Positions 12,453 through 22,068 of a stretch of DNA of 36,836 nucleotides are shown here, piece by piece. The stretch spans positions 1-36,836 of the IMG/VR virus record IMGVR_UViG_3300027861_000007, one strand, 5' to 3'. The stretch's first letter is position 1, and each line of letters begins with the position of its first letter. Below the pieces are notes generated by a model. That model made no database searches and was not told the DNA's origin. It saw only the letters and a program-made list of their open reading frames with translations. Source of the stretch: a virus. The position numbers were made by a program, and so were the translations under genes.

Positions 12453-14873
12453 TTAACCGAAATCGGCTAGATCGAATCTGGTTGTCAATGGTTGTCCCAC
12501 CGAGGTTTCAAACTTCCAAGTTCCTGCTGGGTAATCAACTGCGGTATTGACATCAGCACTTTCAACGGTTTCACCAATAGTTGCCCTTTCATCCCCACCT
12601 TCAATAGTTGCAGTGCTTACATCATCACTCTCAACATCTTCATCGGTACTTACATAAGTTTCGACTATATCATCAATATTTAATTCAATCTTGTCTTGAG
12701 TAGCCAAAAGCTTCTGCATAAATTCTATCCATCCAAACAAGGTTGTTCCGAATGTAATCTTGTAAGTAAAATAATCTGAAAACTCTCCACCTTTTTCTGT
12801 CATAGAAACCTTTTGAACAACATAAGTTTCATCCAAAGACCTGTTGGAATCTGTTATAGTTAAAAGCTGCCCTGCCTTAATTCCACATTGATCAGTCGAA
12901 GCACTTCCTAAAATAGTTGCATTTGCAAATTCACTCACCCTTGCCTGTGCTATCGCCAAAGCAGTTCCAACATCTTCAATATTCCTGTCCGTTATCGGAT
13001 CCAGGTCAAAAACTCCATCCCCTAAACCGAGAGCTTTCAATGCATTCACGCTCCCGTTATCCTGGTATTGTAATTGGATAGGCACTCTTTCATAGTATTG
13101 AAGCAAGATTCCATCCCCCGCATTTAAAGTGGTTTCACTTGAAGTAGCCCTAACAGATTTCTCATTTGAATTGTAAACATAATCAACAGTCGTTTCATCC
13201 ACTAACCCTTCAATTCCTGCTGTTTTAGCAACGGTGAAGAAAGTAATCGTATCTGTATTCGTCTGCCCCGCTATCGCTTCAACGGTAAAATTATCAGGAT
13301 CAACATAAGTAATTTCTCTCACCTCCGCAGCTCTAGTTTGATTTGTAATATAATCACCAGTCACTAAAGTATGTCCTGTGACTTTTATATTCGTTGTGTT
13401 AGTACCAGCCTCCGCAGCATGAGTGTCCGATTGATCATCAATAGTTACAATAAGCCCAGAAAACTTTCCCTTCGCCAACCAATCCCTCAAAACACCATCA
13501 CCAGGAAACGCCTGGCTGTACAAACTGTCCGAGATCTTCTCCCCACCTCTTACAATAACCCTATTCCCTATCTGGCTCGCATCAACCCCTATTTTTAATC
13601 TTGTGAAGTTGTCCGAGGTTTCGGTAAAAGAAATAGGTGAAGGATCAGCTTCTTTATCTTTAAAATGTATCTGTCTTAAATAATCTATCCACCAAACATA
13701 TTCCCATGTTTTAGAAAGGCTCTGCATAAAACCAGTAGGCTTTAATTGAGGGCTTCTTATATCATCAAATTCAGGAGTTTCTTCTACATGAGGATAGTGC
13801 TTGAAAGCCTGATTATCCATAAACCTAAACCCATCAAATTCGATATTTGAATCAGCAGTTTCCGTTATCACTACCGCTATATAATCAAAAGCAGTCCAAT
13901 CAGGAGTCCCAACTATTGCATCATATTCTGAAAGTTTTAAATAAACATAAGTCCATTCATTATCAGTAGGCACAATATCATACCCAGTATAATTAGCAGA
14001 ACTACTTCCAATCCTAACGTCAAACCCACTATTTTTTGTAAAGTCATCACATTTATACCAGAACCCCAAAAGACCTTGAGTTGGTGAGGCAGAAGCAGCC
14101 CCTGTATAATCAGAAACATCAGTCGAAACAGGCGAAGCGGTAAAGGTCGCAGTCCCTCCAGCAAAAGTCCAAGGAAACCCACCAGCACTTGTTCCTTCCC
14201 TGTTAGTCACATCATTAAAAGTAGGATTATCCCCGTCCCCGGTTTCTATCCATTCAGCCCTCAAAGCGGTTACATTCTCATAACTCATCGAATCAATAGT
14301 ATGATTCCTGTTTATAACAGTATTTGTAAAATCATTTATAATATATCTTGAATCCCTATCTTCCCACGAGTCCGAGATCAATTTCTTATCAAATATTTTT
14401 GAGTAGTCAACACCCGTAACATTATACTCCAACTGATCCAATGTTTGGATATTCTTATCACCCACCCTGCCAACAACACCCCCAAAAGAAATTTCTCCAA
14501 TCTTATCGCCTTGCACAACCGACCCACTAGGAGCAGCGACTAAAACTATCTGTAAATTAGACTCATCGTAAGTATCAACAGTCACAGTTTCTTCGTCCGA
14601 GTCTCCTATTCGTATTTGTAACTCTTGCCCTGGATAAAACATACCAACATCCATTTGATAATTTCCATCCAAGGTAACAGTAACCCCACCAAAACTTGCA
14701 ATAGTATCTCCTTTATAAATTCTCAAGTCAGTATTCTCTACTGGCTTGGTTGCACCATCAACTAAATCAAATTTGCACGAATCTGCTCTCTGTTGGATCT
14801 CATTCTTGATCTGTAGTGAGCCTGATTTGTAATCCGAAGTATTGTCAACATCATCGATGTAAAGGTAAATCAT
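12453..14873 (-). CDS. Distal tail / tail-tip structural protein (806 aa)
   Basis: It is translationally coupled (ATGA) to the tape-measure gene. Assigned by size and by its position immediately downstream of the TMP. Confidence 0.5.
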   Translation of the reverse strand: MIYLYIDDVDNTSDYKSGSLQIKNEIQQRADSCKFDLVDGATKPVENTDLRIYKGDTIASFGGVTVTLDGNYQMDVGMFYPGQELQIRIGDSDEETVTVDTYDESNLQIVLVAAPSGSVVQGDKIGEISFGGVVGRVGDKNIQTLDQLEYNVTGVDYSKIFDKKLISDSWEDRDSRYIINDFTNTVINRNHTIDSMSYENVTALRAEWIETGDGDNPTFNDVTNREGTSAGGFPWTFAGGTATFTASPVSTDVSDYTGAASASPTQGLLGFWYKCDDFTKNSGFDVRIGSSSANYTGYDIVPTDNEWTYVYLKLSEYDAIVGTPDWTAFDYIAVVITETADSNIEFDGFRFMDNQAFKHYPHVEETPEFDDIRSPQLKPTGFMQSLSKTWEYVWWIDYLRQIHFKDKEADPSPISFTETSDNFTRLKIGVDASQIGNRVIVRGGEKISDSLYSQAFPGDGVLRDWLAKGKFSGLIVTIDDQSDTHAAEAGTNTTNIKVTGHTLVTGDYITNQTRAAEVREITYVDPDNFTVEAIAGQTNTDTITFFTVAKTAGIEGLVDETTVDYVYNSNEKSVRATSSETTLNAGDGILLQYYERVPIQLQYQDNGSVNALKALGLGDGVFDLDPITDRNIEDVGTALAIAQARVSEFANATILGSASTDQCGIKAGQLLTITDSNRSLDETYVVQKVSMTEKGGEFSDYFTYKITFGTTLFGWIEFMQKLLATQDKIELNIDDIVETYVSTDEDVESDDVSTATIEGGDERATIGETVESADVNTAVDYPAGTWKFETSVGQPLTTRFDLADFG

Positions 14874-16357
14874 ACAACCTTGGTTGATAATTGTAATTTT
14901 CTAGTAATAATATCTGCATATTCTTCTGCAACTTCCTCACTAGAAACAGGTCCATAAAAATTAAAAGTATTCCCTCCCATACTCCCTGCTAGATTCTTCT
15001 GTTGGGCAGCATTTAAAACAAGCTCACCTGGAGTTAGCATAGCTGGCACAACATCAGTCCCTTTCGAAATAAATGCCCCACCTGCTGCATATTCAGGTAT
15101 GATTCCACCTCTTGCCTTCCCTATAATCCCTCCCCTGGACTCATTGTAAGTTTGAGTATCAGCAAACCCAAGTGTCGCAATTTCTTTGGCAGTATCTATA
15201 GCCTTACGCAACAATGTTCCAAGCCAGTCAATGGCCCTCTTTACCGCATCAATTATCCCTTCAACAGCACCCACTATCCAATCAGTAATAGGTTTCATTG
15301 CAACCTTTATATCTTCCCATACCTGCATCCAGAAAGCAGAAATTTCATCCCAATCTTTATACAATTTCCACAACGCAACACCTACTGCAACAATTGCAGC
15401 AATAATCCACACAATAGGATTGGCAGCAATAAATGTCAACACAGTCCCAAAGGCAGTTGCAACCACAGTCACCGCACTAATAGCCAAAGCTAAAGGCCCT
15501 AACGCTGCTGCTAGCCCCATTATAACCAAGATAAACTTTTGTGTCCCATCATCCAAATCTCCAAACCATTGCAACATACTTATAGCCACACCTATCACCC
15601 AGTTAAAAGCAGGTAGTAATTTCTCACCAAACTCTGCTGCAAGTTGCTTTGAAGTTTCCTGGAATATTCTCATTTGATTGGCTGCACTCGCCTGCGTCCT
15701 TTCAAAATCTCCTTGGGCAGAAGTAGTCGCAGCCATTACAAAAGCATATCTAATATTTACCTTTTCTGCTTGAGTCATGTCCGCTATATTCCCTTGAATC
15801 CCTTCTGACAACATAAACGCTTCAATATTTGCTTGGGTCATTACTACTCCCAAATTCTTCAAACTTTCAGTTTCTCCAGTATAAATTGATTTCAAGGCAG
15901 TTTGAGCCATCTCCTGCCGGATATTCTTAAACGAAGCTAAATCCCCTCCCAATTGAGTCAAGGATGTAGCCATTTCTCCTGCTGCATCTGTAGCCATCCC
16001 CATTCCAGTACCCATATCAGAATACAAAGCAACACTATCAAGAGCTGTTTGACTAGCCATCCCCATGCTTGTAATAGAATCCTCACTCCAATCCTTTATA
16101 GCCTGTGCTGAATCCCCAAAAATCACATCTATTTTACTATTTGTTTCCTCCAGATCCGAAGCAGCTTTTATCATAAAACCACCCATCGCAACTATAGGAA
16201 GCGTGACTTTCATAGTCATGGACTTCCCAAGCTCTTTCATCTTGCCACTCATCTTTGTTACCTTGTCCCCTAGTGTCTTAACAGAATCACCAGCCTTCTT
16301 CATCGCAGCAGATGTATTGTCCTTTGCCTCTATAACTATTTTAGCGGTTTCTGCCAT
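14870..16357 (-). CDS. Tail tape measure protein (495 aa)
   Basis: It follows the frameshifted chaperone pair. It has an alpha-helical, Ala/Met/Gly-rich sequence with a central hydrophobic segment (FILVIMGLAAALGPLALAISAVTVVATAF...). Confidence 0.8.
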   Translation of the reverse strand: MAETAKIVIEAKDNTSAAMKKAGDSVKTLGDKVTKMSGKMKELGKSMTMKVTLPIVAMGGFMIKAASDLEETNSKIDVIFGDSAQAIKDWSEDSITSMGMASQTALDSVALYSDMGTGMGMATDAAGEMATSLTQLGGDLASFKNIRQEMAQTALKSIYTGETESLKNLGVVMTQANIEAFMLSEGIQGNIADMTQAEKVNIRYAFVMAATTSAQGDFERTQASAANQMRIFQETSKQLAAEFGEKLLPAFNWVIGVAISMLQWFGDLDDGTQKFILVIMGLAAALGPLALAISAVTVVATAFGTVLTFIAANPIVWIIAAIVAVGVALWKLYKDWDEISAFWMQVWEDIKVAMKPITDWIVGAVEGIIDAVKRAIDWLGTLLRKAIDTAKEIATLGFADTQTYNESRGGIIGKARGGIIPEYAAGGAFISKGTDVVPAMLTPGELVLNAAQQKNLAGSMGGNTFNFYGPVSSEEVAEEYADIITRKLQLSTKVV

Positions 16358-16828
16358 CTTTTCGGTTTAATTGTTCTTGTAGTTTGTTGTTCTCTGCCAT
16401 TATCAGCATGATCCCCTGCATCCTCTTTGCCTCATAATCTTGCCAGTTAAGGCCAAACTCCTGGCTCATCACATAGTCAACATTTTCTTTACAGTTTTTA
16501 AATCCCCTGACAGCCCTTATTATTTCTGCTCTTTTTTTTTATCAAGGTTCATCTTGCTAGTAATGGCAATGTTGATCTTATTCACACTTTCCACGTCCAA
16601 CATCATGATATTTGCCTCTGTAACCTCGGCAACCTCACCATCAGATCCTTTCAAGTTCCACTCCTTAATAGAGTTAACAAGTACATTTTTCCCCTTCTGA
16701 ACATCTGTCGTATCAGTTTCTCCGACCATTTTAGTCATGTCGGCATAAGAGTACATAGAGGGAATTTTTACCCACTCCCCATTCCCTAGATCAATTTTTT
16801 CCAACTTGGAATTGTCTATTAAAGGCAT
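16341..16828 (-). CDS. Tail assembly chaperone, -1 frameshift product (GT-like)
   Basis: After GAT AAA AAA AAA (16543-16532) the -1 frame is open for 63 codons: RAEIIRAVRGFKNCKENVDYVMSQEFGLNWQDYEAKRMQGIMLIMAENNKLQEQLNRKDGRNR*. It ends at 16341, just inside the TMP start, and exactly fills the otherwise unexplained 16358-16519 gap. Confidence 0.7.
16520..16828 (-). CDS. Tail assembly chaperone (G-like, 102 aa)
   Basis: It lies between the tube protein and the TMP. It ends in an A9 slippery run. Confidence 0.7.
   Translation of the reverse strand: MPLIDNSKLEKIDLGNGEWVKIPSMYSYADMTKMVGETDTTDVQKGKNVLVNSIKEWNLKGSDGEVAEVTEANIMMLDVESVNKINIAITSKMNLDKKKEQK
16532..16540 (-). promoter_or_regulatory. 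Slippery A9 run (programmed -1 ribosomal frameshift site)
   Basis: Nine consecutive T on the plus strand give AAAAAAAAA in the mRNA, four codons before the G stop. Confidence 0.65.
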
Positions 16829-16852
16829 AGTATTGTTTGGTTAAGATTTATA

Positions 16853-18262
16853 TTAGTAGCTTGCGACATCATTCACAAGAAGTGCCACATGAGAGCATCC
16901 TAGAGAAGTATTGTAGAATGAAGTAAAAGGCACTTCCTCATTCACCACATCCTCTTGTGCAAGACTTAATTGATAAGCATCGAATTGAACTTCTGGATAT
17001 AAACTTCTGAACTCATAATACATTCCAGTTGATCCTATCTGATTCCCGACAAGGTCAACATCAATCGCCTGTGCAGTATTTACTCTTAAATGTCTGTAGT
17101 AATTTTCATTCTCGTTATGAAGTACAAACGTCCCACCACCTGTAAATCCTTTCTGTAGAATATCTGATGGGAATCTATCTTCAAAATCTGTTCCAGTAGC
17201 GGCATGACGAGGCTCTAATTCATTTTCTACAATCATTGTGAAATCTTGGCAATCGAAGGCAGAAAGGTTATCAACATCATCCCCAATATTCGCAGTCGCT
17301 CCACCAATCCAGCAAAATTCTTCATCTATTGTGTAGCTAGGTGTTAAAGGTGCCAATAAAATCAAATCACCAACCGCAGTCGAAGTTTCAAGACCTGTTA
17401 CAGTAAAAGTAGTAGTAGTAGGAATCGTTGCAACAGCATGAGTTTTCACACTTGCAGCACTAAAATCCAAGAAACCAGTACCAGCTCTATATAACTTTAT
17501 TGAATCCGCAACAACCAATCCATGTGTTTGATCTACGGTAATTGTTTGCGCTCCACCAGCAGCAACAGTCACCGCAGTAACCCTCGCTTGTCTAAACTCA
17601 CTTTGAGCGGTCATGGTTACATCCGCAGAAACTATATTATCAGCCTGTCCAAGTGCATTCAACGAGTGAAACCTACACCCCATATATCTAACACCCCTGT
17701 CAGCATAATCTTTCTGTACTGTATAAGTTTCATCAAGAGCAACAGGAGCTTGCCCCAAATGCCCATAAACCGAATTGTTAGAAGCTACAACAACAGCAGT
17801 TTTATTTCCAACCACCGATTCAGTAATTGTTTCTCCATCTGTAAACTCGCCAGTAGGAGAGTCTATCAAGATAAACTCTTGATTAAAATGAGCCACTACT
17901 GTCGCAGTCTTTGCTGAAACCGAACCTGTAATAGTAGAACCAACAGAAAAATCCCCTGAAAAGGTATTACAAGTCATATAATTCCCTGATGTTACCCCTC
18001 CATAAAGACCATTTAAAATGTACCCGAATGTTTTAGGTTCAACATTAAAACTGATATTTCCAGTCGGTGCAGGAATCTTATTTTTAATAGCTCTTAAATT
18101 CACAGCCCTGGTGCCACTAATAGGCATTGAAGGAGTATAAGGGTATTCAGACGATATCCCCTCACTATTAAAAGGAATAAAAGTCGTTGGTGTAAGAGCC
18201 GTGTTAGCGGTAACCTCTTTTATTAGAGATAATGCTCCAACTCTTGAGTATGTTTCTGGCAT
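16853..18262 (-). CDS. Major tail (tube) protein, unusually large (469 aa)
   Basis: It is the only large ORF between the tail-terminator-like gene and the chaperone/TMP genes, and no separate sheath/tube pair is present. Confidence 0.55.
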   Translation of the reverse strand: MPETYSRVGALSLIKEVTANTALTPTTFIPFNSEGISSEYPYTPSMPISGTRAVNLRAIKNKIPAPTGNISFNVEPKTFGYILNGLYGGVTSGNYMTCNTFSGDFSVGSTITGSVSAKTATVVAHFNQEFILIDSPTGEFTDGETITESVVGNKTAVVVASNNSVYGHLGQAPVALDETYTVQKDYADRGVRYMGCRFHSLNALGQADNIVSADVTMTAQSEFRQARVTAVTVAAGGAQTITVDQTHGLVVADSIKLYRAGTGFLDFSAASVKTHAVATIPTTTTFTVTGLETSTAVGDLILLAPLTPSYTIDEEFCWIGGATANIGDDVDNLSAFDCQDFTMIVENELEPRHAATGTDFEDRFPSDILQKGFTGGGTFVLHNENENYYRHLRVNTAQAIDVDLVGNQIGSTGMYYEFRSLYPEVQFDAYQLSLAQEDVVNEEVPFTSFYNTSLGCSHVALLVNDVASY

Positions 18263-18280
18263 GATATTTTATGTTATAGA

Positions 18281-18484
18281 TTATTTTTTAGATTTCTTTT
18301 CTTCCTTCTGCTCCTTCTTCAATTCCTTTACTTCTTTGCGAGCATTCTCTTTCTTGACCTCCTTCGCATGACCTCTTTTCAAAAGTAGATCGGCAAGATC
18401 ATCATTCACTCGAACCTCTTGCCCCTTCTTAAAAGCTGGGCTGTTTGGGATCGAAACATTCTCTTTTAGTAGTATCAGTTTCAT
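18281..18484 (-). CDS. Hypothetical Lys/Glu-rich protein (67 aa)
   Basis: ORF with leader CTAACCaaaaaaacattATG and a TGcTAAAAT element upstream. Confidence 0.55.
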   Translation of the reverse strand: MKLILLKENVSIPNSPAFKKGQEVRVNDDLADLLLKRGHAKEVKKENARKEVKELKKEQKEEKKSKK

Positions 18485-18505
18485 AATGTTTTTTTGGTTA
18501 GTTAT

Positions 18506-18514
18506 ATTTTAGCA
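18506..18514 (-). promoter_or_regulatory. Extended -10-like element TGcTAAAAT, 21 nt upstream of ATG 18484
   Basis: The minus strand reads acGTGCTAAAATATAactaaccaaaaaaacattATG. Confidence 0.4.
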
Positions 18515-18530
18515 CGTTTCCATGCAATAA

Positions 18531-19022
18531 TTAAGATCTGTTCGTCAACTTCGTCATCATACTGAAAGTCAAAGTCCCTTTCATATAAAGAGTACCATTA
18601 ACAATATTGTCAAAATCATAGTTGATCGCTATGTCATTGTTGAATAAATAATTAGTTCCCTGAATATTCCTTCGCAAAGTCCCAAGTATAGTCGTTGCCT
18701 TTGGAGTTCCATTAGCCTCTCTTTCTTCTATAAGATCCACTAGAGCCTTTTGAGCATCAAGAATGGAGTCAGCCTCCACTCCTGCAGTTGAAACCTTCTC
18801 AAATCCACTCATAATAACATCTATGCCTACCGAGAATCTATATTTATCCCTTGCTGTTGTTAGTTCATCACTTACTAAAGTTGTTCCTTCTGCATATACG
18901 CAAATCGCAGGCAAATACGCCAATGGCAGGTTGTCAACTTTCCCAACATAATATTTTTTTACTGCAGTCGTACTCATGGCGGTTGCCAACAATCCTTTTA
19001 TTTCAGCTAAAGCTAATTGCAT
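18531..19022 (-). CDS. Neck/tail-terminator-like protein (163 aa)
   Basis: Assigned by its position after the connector genes and before the tube gene. Motif support is weak. Confidence 0.4.
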   Translation of the reverse strand: MQLALAEIKGLLATAMSTTAVKKYYVGKVDNLPLAYLPAICVYAEGTTLVSDELTTARDKYRFSVGIDVIMSGFEKVSTAGVEADSILDAQKALVDLIEEREANGTPKATTILGTLRRNIQGTNYLFNNDIAINYDFDNIVNGTLYMKGTLTFSMMTKLTNRS

Positions 19023-19023
19023 A

Positions 19024-19467
19024 TTATTTTATTAGTTTTTTTATATATTCTTCGAATCTTTTTACTACTATGTTTATCACTTCTCTATTGATCCCAAGCA
19101 TCGGTCTTTTACCCTGATTATATTTGAAGTATTTCACGTTATTACTCACTATTAGTTTAACGCTGCTAACCTTCTTTTGAAATCCTTTCTTTAATGCCCC
19201 AGTCCAAATCAAAATCTTACTTGTCGCTATCGGTGAATTTGAGTAATGTCCCCTCCTATTTAATCTGGCATCCATTGTTGAAGGACTCAACCCAGCCCAT
19301 TTAGAACCAATCGCAGATCCTTGTGTCTCAAAAACTTTCTCTCCATAGAATTTAACAAGATCATCTCCCACCTTATTCAAAGGTTCTTTAAAGTTTTTAA
19401 GCCCAGTGCTTATAGTACCAAGTTTTTTTATCACCTGCTTATCATCCATTTTGATTGAGATCTGCAT
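19024..19467 (-). CDS. Virion morphogenesis / tail-completion protein (Mu gpG / HK97 gp10-like)
   Basis: FETQGSAIGSKWAGLSPSTMDARL...ILIWTGALKKGF resembles the G..W..L...T......IL..TG.L motif of this family. Confidence 0.45.
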   Translation of the reverse strand: MQISIKMDDKQVIKKLGTISTGLKNFKEPLNKVGDDLVKFYGEKVFETQGSAIGSKWAGLSPSTMDARLNRRGHYSNSPIATSKILIWTGALKKGFQKKVSSVKLIVSNNVKYFKYNQGKRPMLGINREVINIVVKRFEEYIKKLIK

Positions 19468-19913
19468 TAAAATTGTTTATTCATTGTTATTTTAGGTGCT
19501 GTGCTATCGGTAGCGGTGTCAGCCGAACTTGTATCATTAGGGTAAAAGGCTGGTAATATAACATCACTAACAGCCAATTCATCCCCATTAGTATCATATA
19601 GTTTAATCTTCCTAGTTCGGATCTGTTCGAGCAGATCTAATTGTCTATTGAATTCATCAATAATATCAACCCCAGGCATAACTTCAATATTAGTGTTCTG
19701 ATCCATAAAAATCAAATAACACGCAATCTTGATACTCGCCATTCGGATCAAAGGCGGTGTTTCAGATAAAGGCAAGGAATAAGCATCACCAACCTTTCCA
19801 TCAATAATTCCATCAGCTTCCTCAATACGATCATCCATGTAAGAGCCAGGAATCAATGTGTCATTTTTGAACGGACTAGCCGCTCTCACTTCTGCTTCTA
19901 AAGAATAAGCCAT
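19467..19913 (-). CDS. Head-tail adaptor (Mu gp36 / DUF1320-like)
   Basis: DDRIEEADGIIDGKVGDAYSLPLSETPPLIRMASIKIACYLIF resembles the DUF1320 core pattern. Confidence 0.5.
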   Translation of the reverse strand: MAYSLEAEVRAASPFKNDTLIPGSYMDDRIEEADGIIDGKVGDAYSLPLSETPPLIRMASIKIACYLIFMDQNTNIEVMPGVDIIDEFNRQLDLLEQIRTRKIKLYDTNGDELAVSDVILPAFYPNDTSSADTATDSTAPKITMNKQF

Positions 19914-19915
19914 TA

Positions 19916-20128
19916 TTATTTTAAGGTTATAGGTTCTACAGTTTTAAATCTGTTATAAACATCCCAGCATCCTTTTAAGAAAGCACCAACACTCATCAAC
20001 ATCATTTCGGTATTGATCTCCCCAAGAAGAAGTTGAGCGATAGCGGTAAACAATCCTGCCAAGGCAAGAAAGAATCCACCCCACACTGTCTTGGACTTGA
20101 ACATTTGTTTTGCTGTTTTTTTAGCCAT
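19916..20128 (-). CDS. Small membrane protein, holin-like (70 aa)
   Basis: A basic N-terminus is followed by KSKTVWGGFFLALAGLFTAIAQLLLG and a second weaker hydrophobic stretch. Confidence 0.4.
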   Translation of the reverse strand: MAKKTAKQMFKSKTVWGGFFLALAGLFTAIAQLLLGEINTEMMLMSVGAFLKGCWDVYNRFKTVEPITLK

Positions 20129-20139
20129 TGTTTTATTGG

Positions 20140-20376
20140 TTATTTAATTAATATAGCTTCTATCCTATACGCAATCGCTGTAACCTCATCCAACTTCGCC
20201 TGTAAATGTGGCAAGTGATTATCCATTATCTTCTCAATCGCTACTTGGTTGGCTTCAATAGCCACTTGGTTGAGAGCGATATTCTTATCCACTGTGGCAA
20301 GGAATATGCAGAACATAATCACCAACGGGATTAGCCTGACCGTTTCATGCCATAGATTTATTTTTGGCGTTTCCAT
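20140..20376 (-). CDS. Small single-pass membrane protein with a coiled-coil tail (78 aa)
   Basis: LIPLVIMFCIFLATV is hydrophobic. There is a tandem NQVAIEA/NQVAIEK heptad duplication. Confidence 0.45.
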   Translation of the reverse strand: METPKINLWHETVRLIPLVIMFCIFLATVDKNIALNQVAIEANQVAIEKIMDNHLPHLQAKLDEVTAIAYRIEAILIK

Positions 20377-20385
20377 ATTTATTGA

Positions 20386-22065
20386 TTATTGGATTATTGG
20401 TGAAAATTTAAAGTTACGATACTTGCCTCCTACTGCTGTTGACCAAGCAAATGCAACATTAGAAGATGTGTGTGGTGCAGCATCAGCTACGGAATATCCT
20501 AGTGGAGTAGCAGTATATGTCTGTCCATTATCTGTTGAGTGATACATTGTCCAAGTTGTTCCATCACGAGTTAATCTAATTCTATACCAAGTGTTCAAAG
20601 AGAATGTTCCACTAGATTGTTGTAATAATGTTGCCCCAGACGTATCTCTGTAAAGCTCGAATTTCTCTGTACTAGCAAAGTTGAAATAATACGAATTAGT
20701 ATTAGTCCCCAGAGTGCCAACAATATCTGACATCAGGACGAAGACACTAGAACCTGCATCTGCTGTCTTGTAAATATCAAACTCCCAAGCCCCATAGGCT
20801 TGCTTTGAATCCCTGAATACCTTGCCTGTCGCTATACAATCTATGTGCTTCTTGCCATCACTGCCTCCATTATTGACAACCTTCCATGTCCCTGAATCAA
20901 TCTCCCAATCCGCATTACTTAAAAACCCTGTAGTTTCATTCGCTACACTTTCGTTCCACCCTTTACCATCAGCTATGTAAACTGGGTCGGAATTAGGTAT
21001 TTCTTGTACAGTTATGTCATCCCAAGCCGTATATCCTGATGTTTGTCCAGAATGATATAATAAAAAATCTTTAGCAGAATTATCCCAAGTCTTAACAAAA
21101 TCAAAATACTGCCAGTCAGTCGATAATGTTCCAGTCCACAAAGTTGTTGTGAAGTCATTTATCTGTGGTGTCCAAGTGCCATCACTTTTCGCCCAACCTG
21201 TTATTCTATAGGTTTTACCAACTTCTACTGTATTATTCACTCTAGCTCCTGGACCAGGAGAACCGTTATAAGCCACCTTCAAATACTGACTACCTGAATG
21301 TGGAGTATCTGTTTCCTTTGTCAATGTAGCACTCTGCCACGCTACATAGTCTGTTGTCCCTACTGCTTCCATATCACCATCTGGCATTAGGTTTCTTTCT
21401 GGGTTACTCAATCGCTGTATGTCTACTCTGTCGTAATGTCCTTCTTGTAACCCTTCTTCGTATAATTGAGAGGCTTCCGAATCGCTTACATCTACATTTA
21501 ACACTCCAACAAAAGGGGATGTGCCTAGAAACCTGTCAGAAGTATCCGTCCTTTGCCCTAAAAACATTCCCGCTGCGCCATTTATAGCTCCATTGCTTGT
21601 ATCTATAGCCTTTTCGCCATCTACATACAAATCAGGAATATCTATCCCAGGCCTTTTTACCCAAATATAATAATGAAATTTGTCATCAGCAAGATTAACA
21701 TCTTTAGACTTCTTGAAAACTGCACCATTGTACCACATTGTCACTAAATGCCCAGAAGTATTCAATTGGATTGACATAGCATTTGTACCACTCACTGACC
21801 CAGCAAATACTGTTCTTACAGAAGACACATCGCTACATTTAAAACATCCAAAAATGGTGCATCCCGCCTCATAATCAACAGATGTCCCCAAGCTTATTGC
21901 ATCATTAGTTCCATCAAAAGTCAAAGCTCGTCCTTTAGGGCTGTTGGACCAGGAAGGAGTACTGATAAACGTGCCATCTGAACCATTGCCCCCTTGGTTA
22001 GATATAGTGCCTAATCGGAAATCCCAATAGCCGACCATATTTGCTCTGTATTTTTCTTTTATCAT
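20386..22065 (-). CDS. LamG/concanavalin-like plus CBM4_9-like carbohydrate-binding structural protein (559 aa)
   Basis: The N-terminal segment ALTFDGTNDAISLG...LADDKFHYYIWV...LYVDGEK is LamG-like. The central segment GSQYLKV...VEVGKTYRITGWAKSDG...WQYFDF...WDDITVQE is CBM-like. The C-terminal part is a concanavalin-like domain. Confidence 0.55.
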   Translation of the reverse strand: MIKEKYRANMVGYWDFRLGTISNQGGNGSDGTFISTPSWSNSPKGRALTFDGTNDAISLGTSVDYEAGCTIFGCFKCSDVSSVRTVFAGSVSGTNAMSIQLNTSGHLVTMWYNGAVFKKSKDVNLADDKFHYYIWVKRPGIDIPDLYVDGEKAIDTSNGAINGAAGMFLGQRTDTSDRFLGTSPFVGVLNVDVSDSEASQLYEEGLQEGHYDRVDIQRLSNPERNLMPDGDMEAVGTTDYVAWQSATLTKETDTPHSGSQYLKVAYNGSPGPGARVNNTVEVGKTYRITGWAKSDGTWTPQINDFTTTLWTGTLSTDWQYFDFVKTWDNSAKDFLLYHSGQTSGYTAWDDITVQEIPNSDPVYIADGKGWNESVANETTGFLSNADWEIDSGTWKVVNNGGSDGKKHIDCIATGKVFRDSKQAYGAWEFDIYKTADAGSSVFVLMSDIVGTLGTNTNSYYFNFASTEKFELYRDTSGATLLQQSSGTFSLNTWYRIRLTRDGTTWTMYHSTDNGQTYTATPLGYSVADAAPHTSSNVAFAWSTAVGGKYRNFKFSPIIQ

Positions 22066-22068
22066 ATT

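Noticed and set aside
13937-14188. Minus-strand 83-aa ORF in another frame of the 806-aa tail gene, and likewise 29512..29823 inside the decoration gene
   Set aside because: Both are fully nested out of frame in well-supported genes, with Leu-rich shadow composition.
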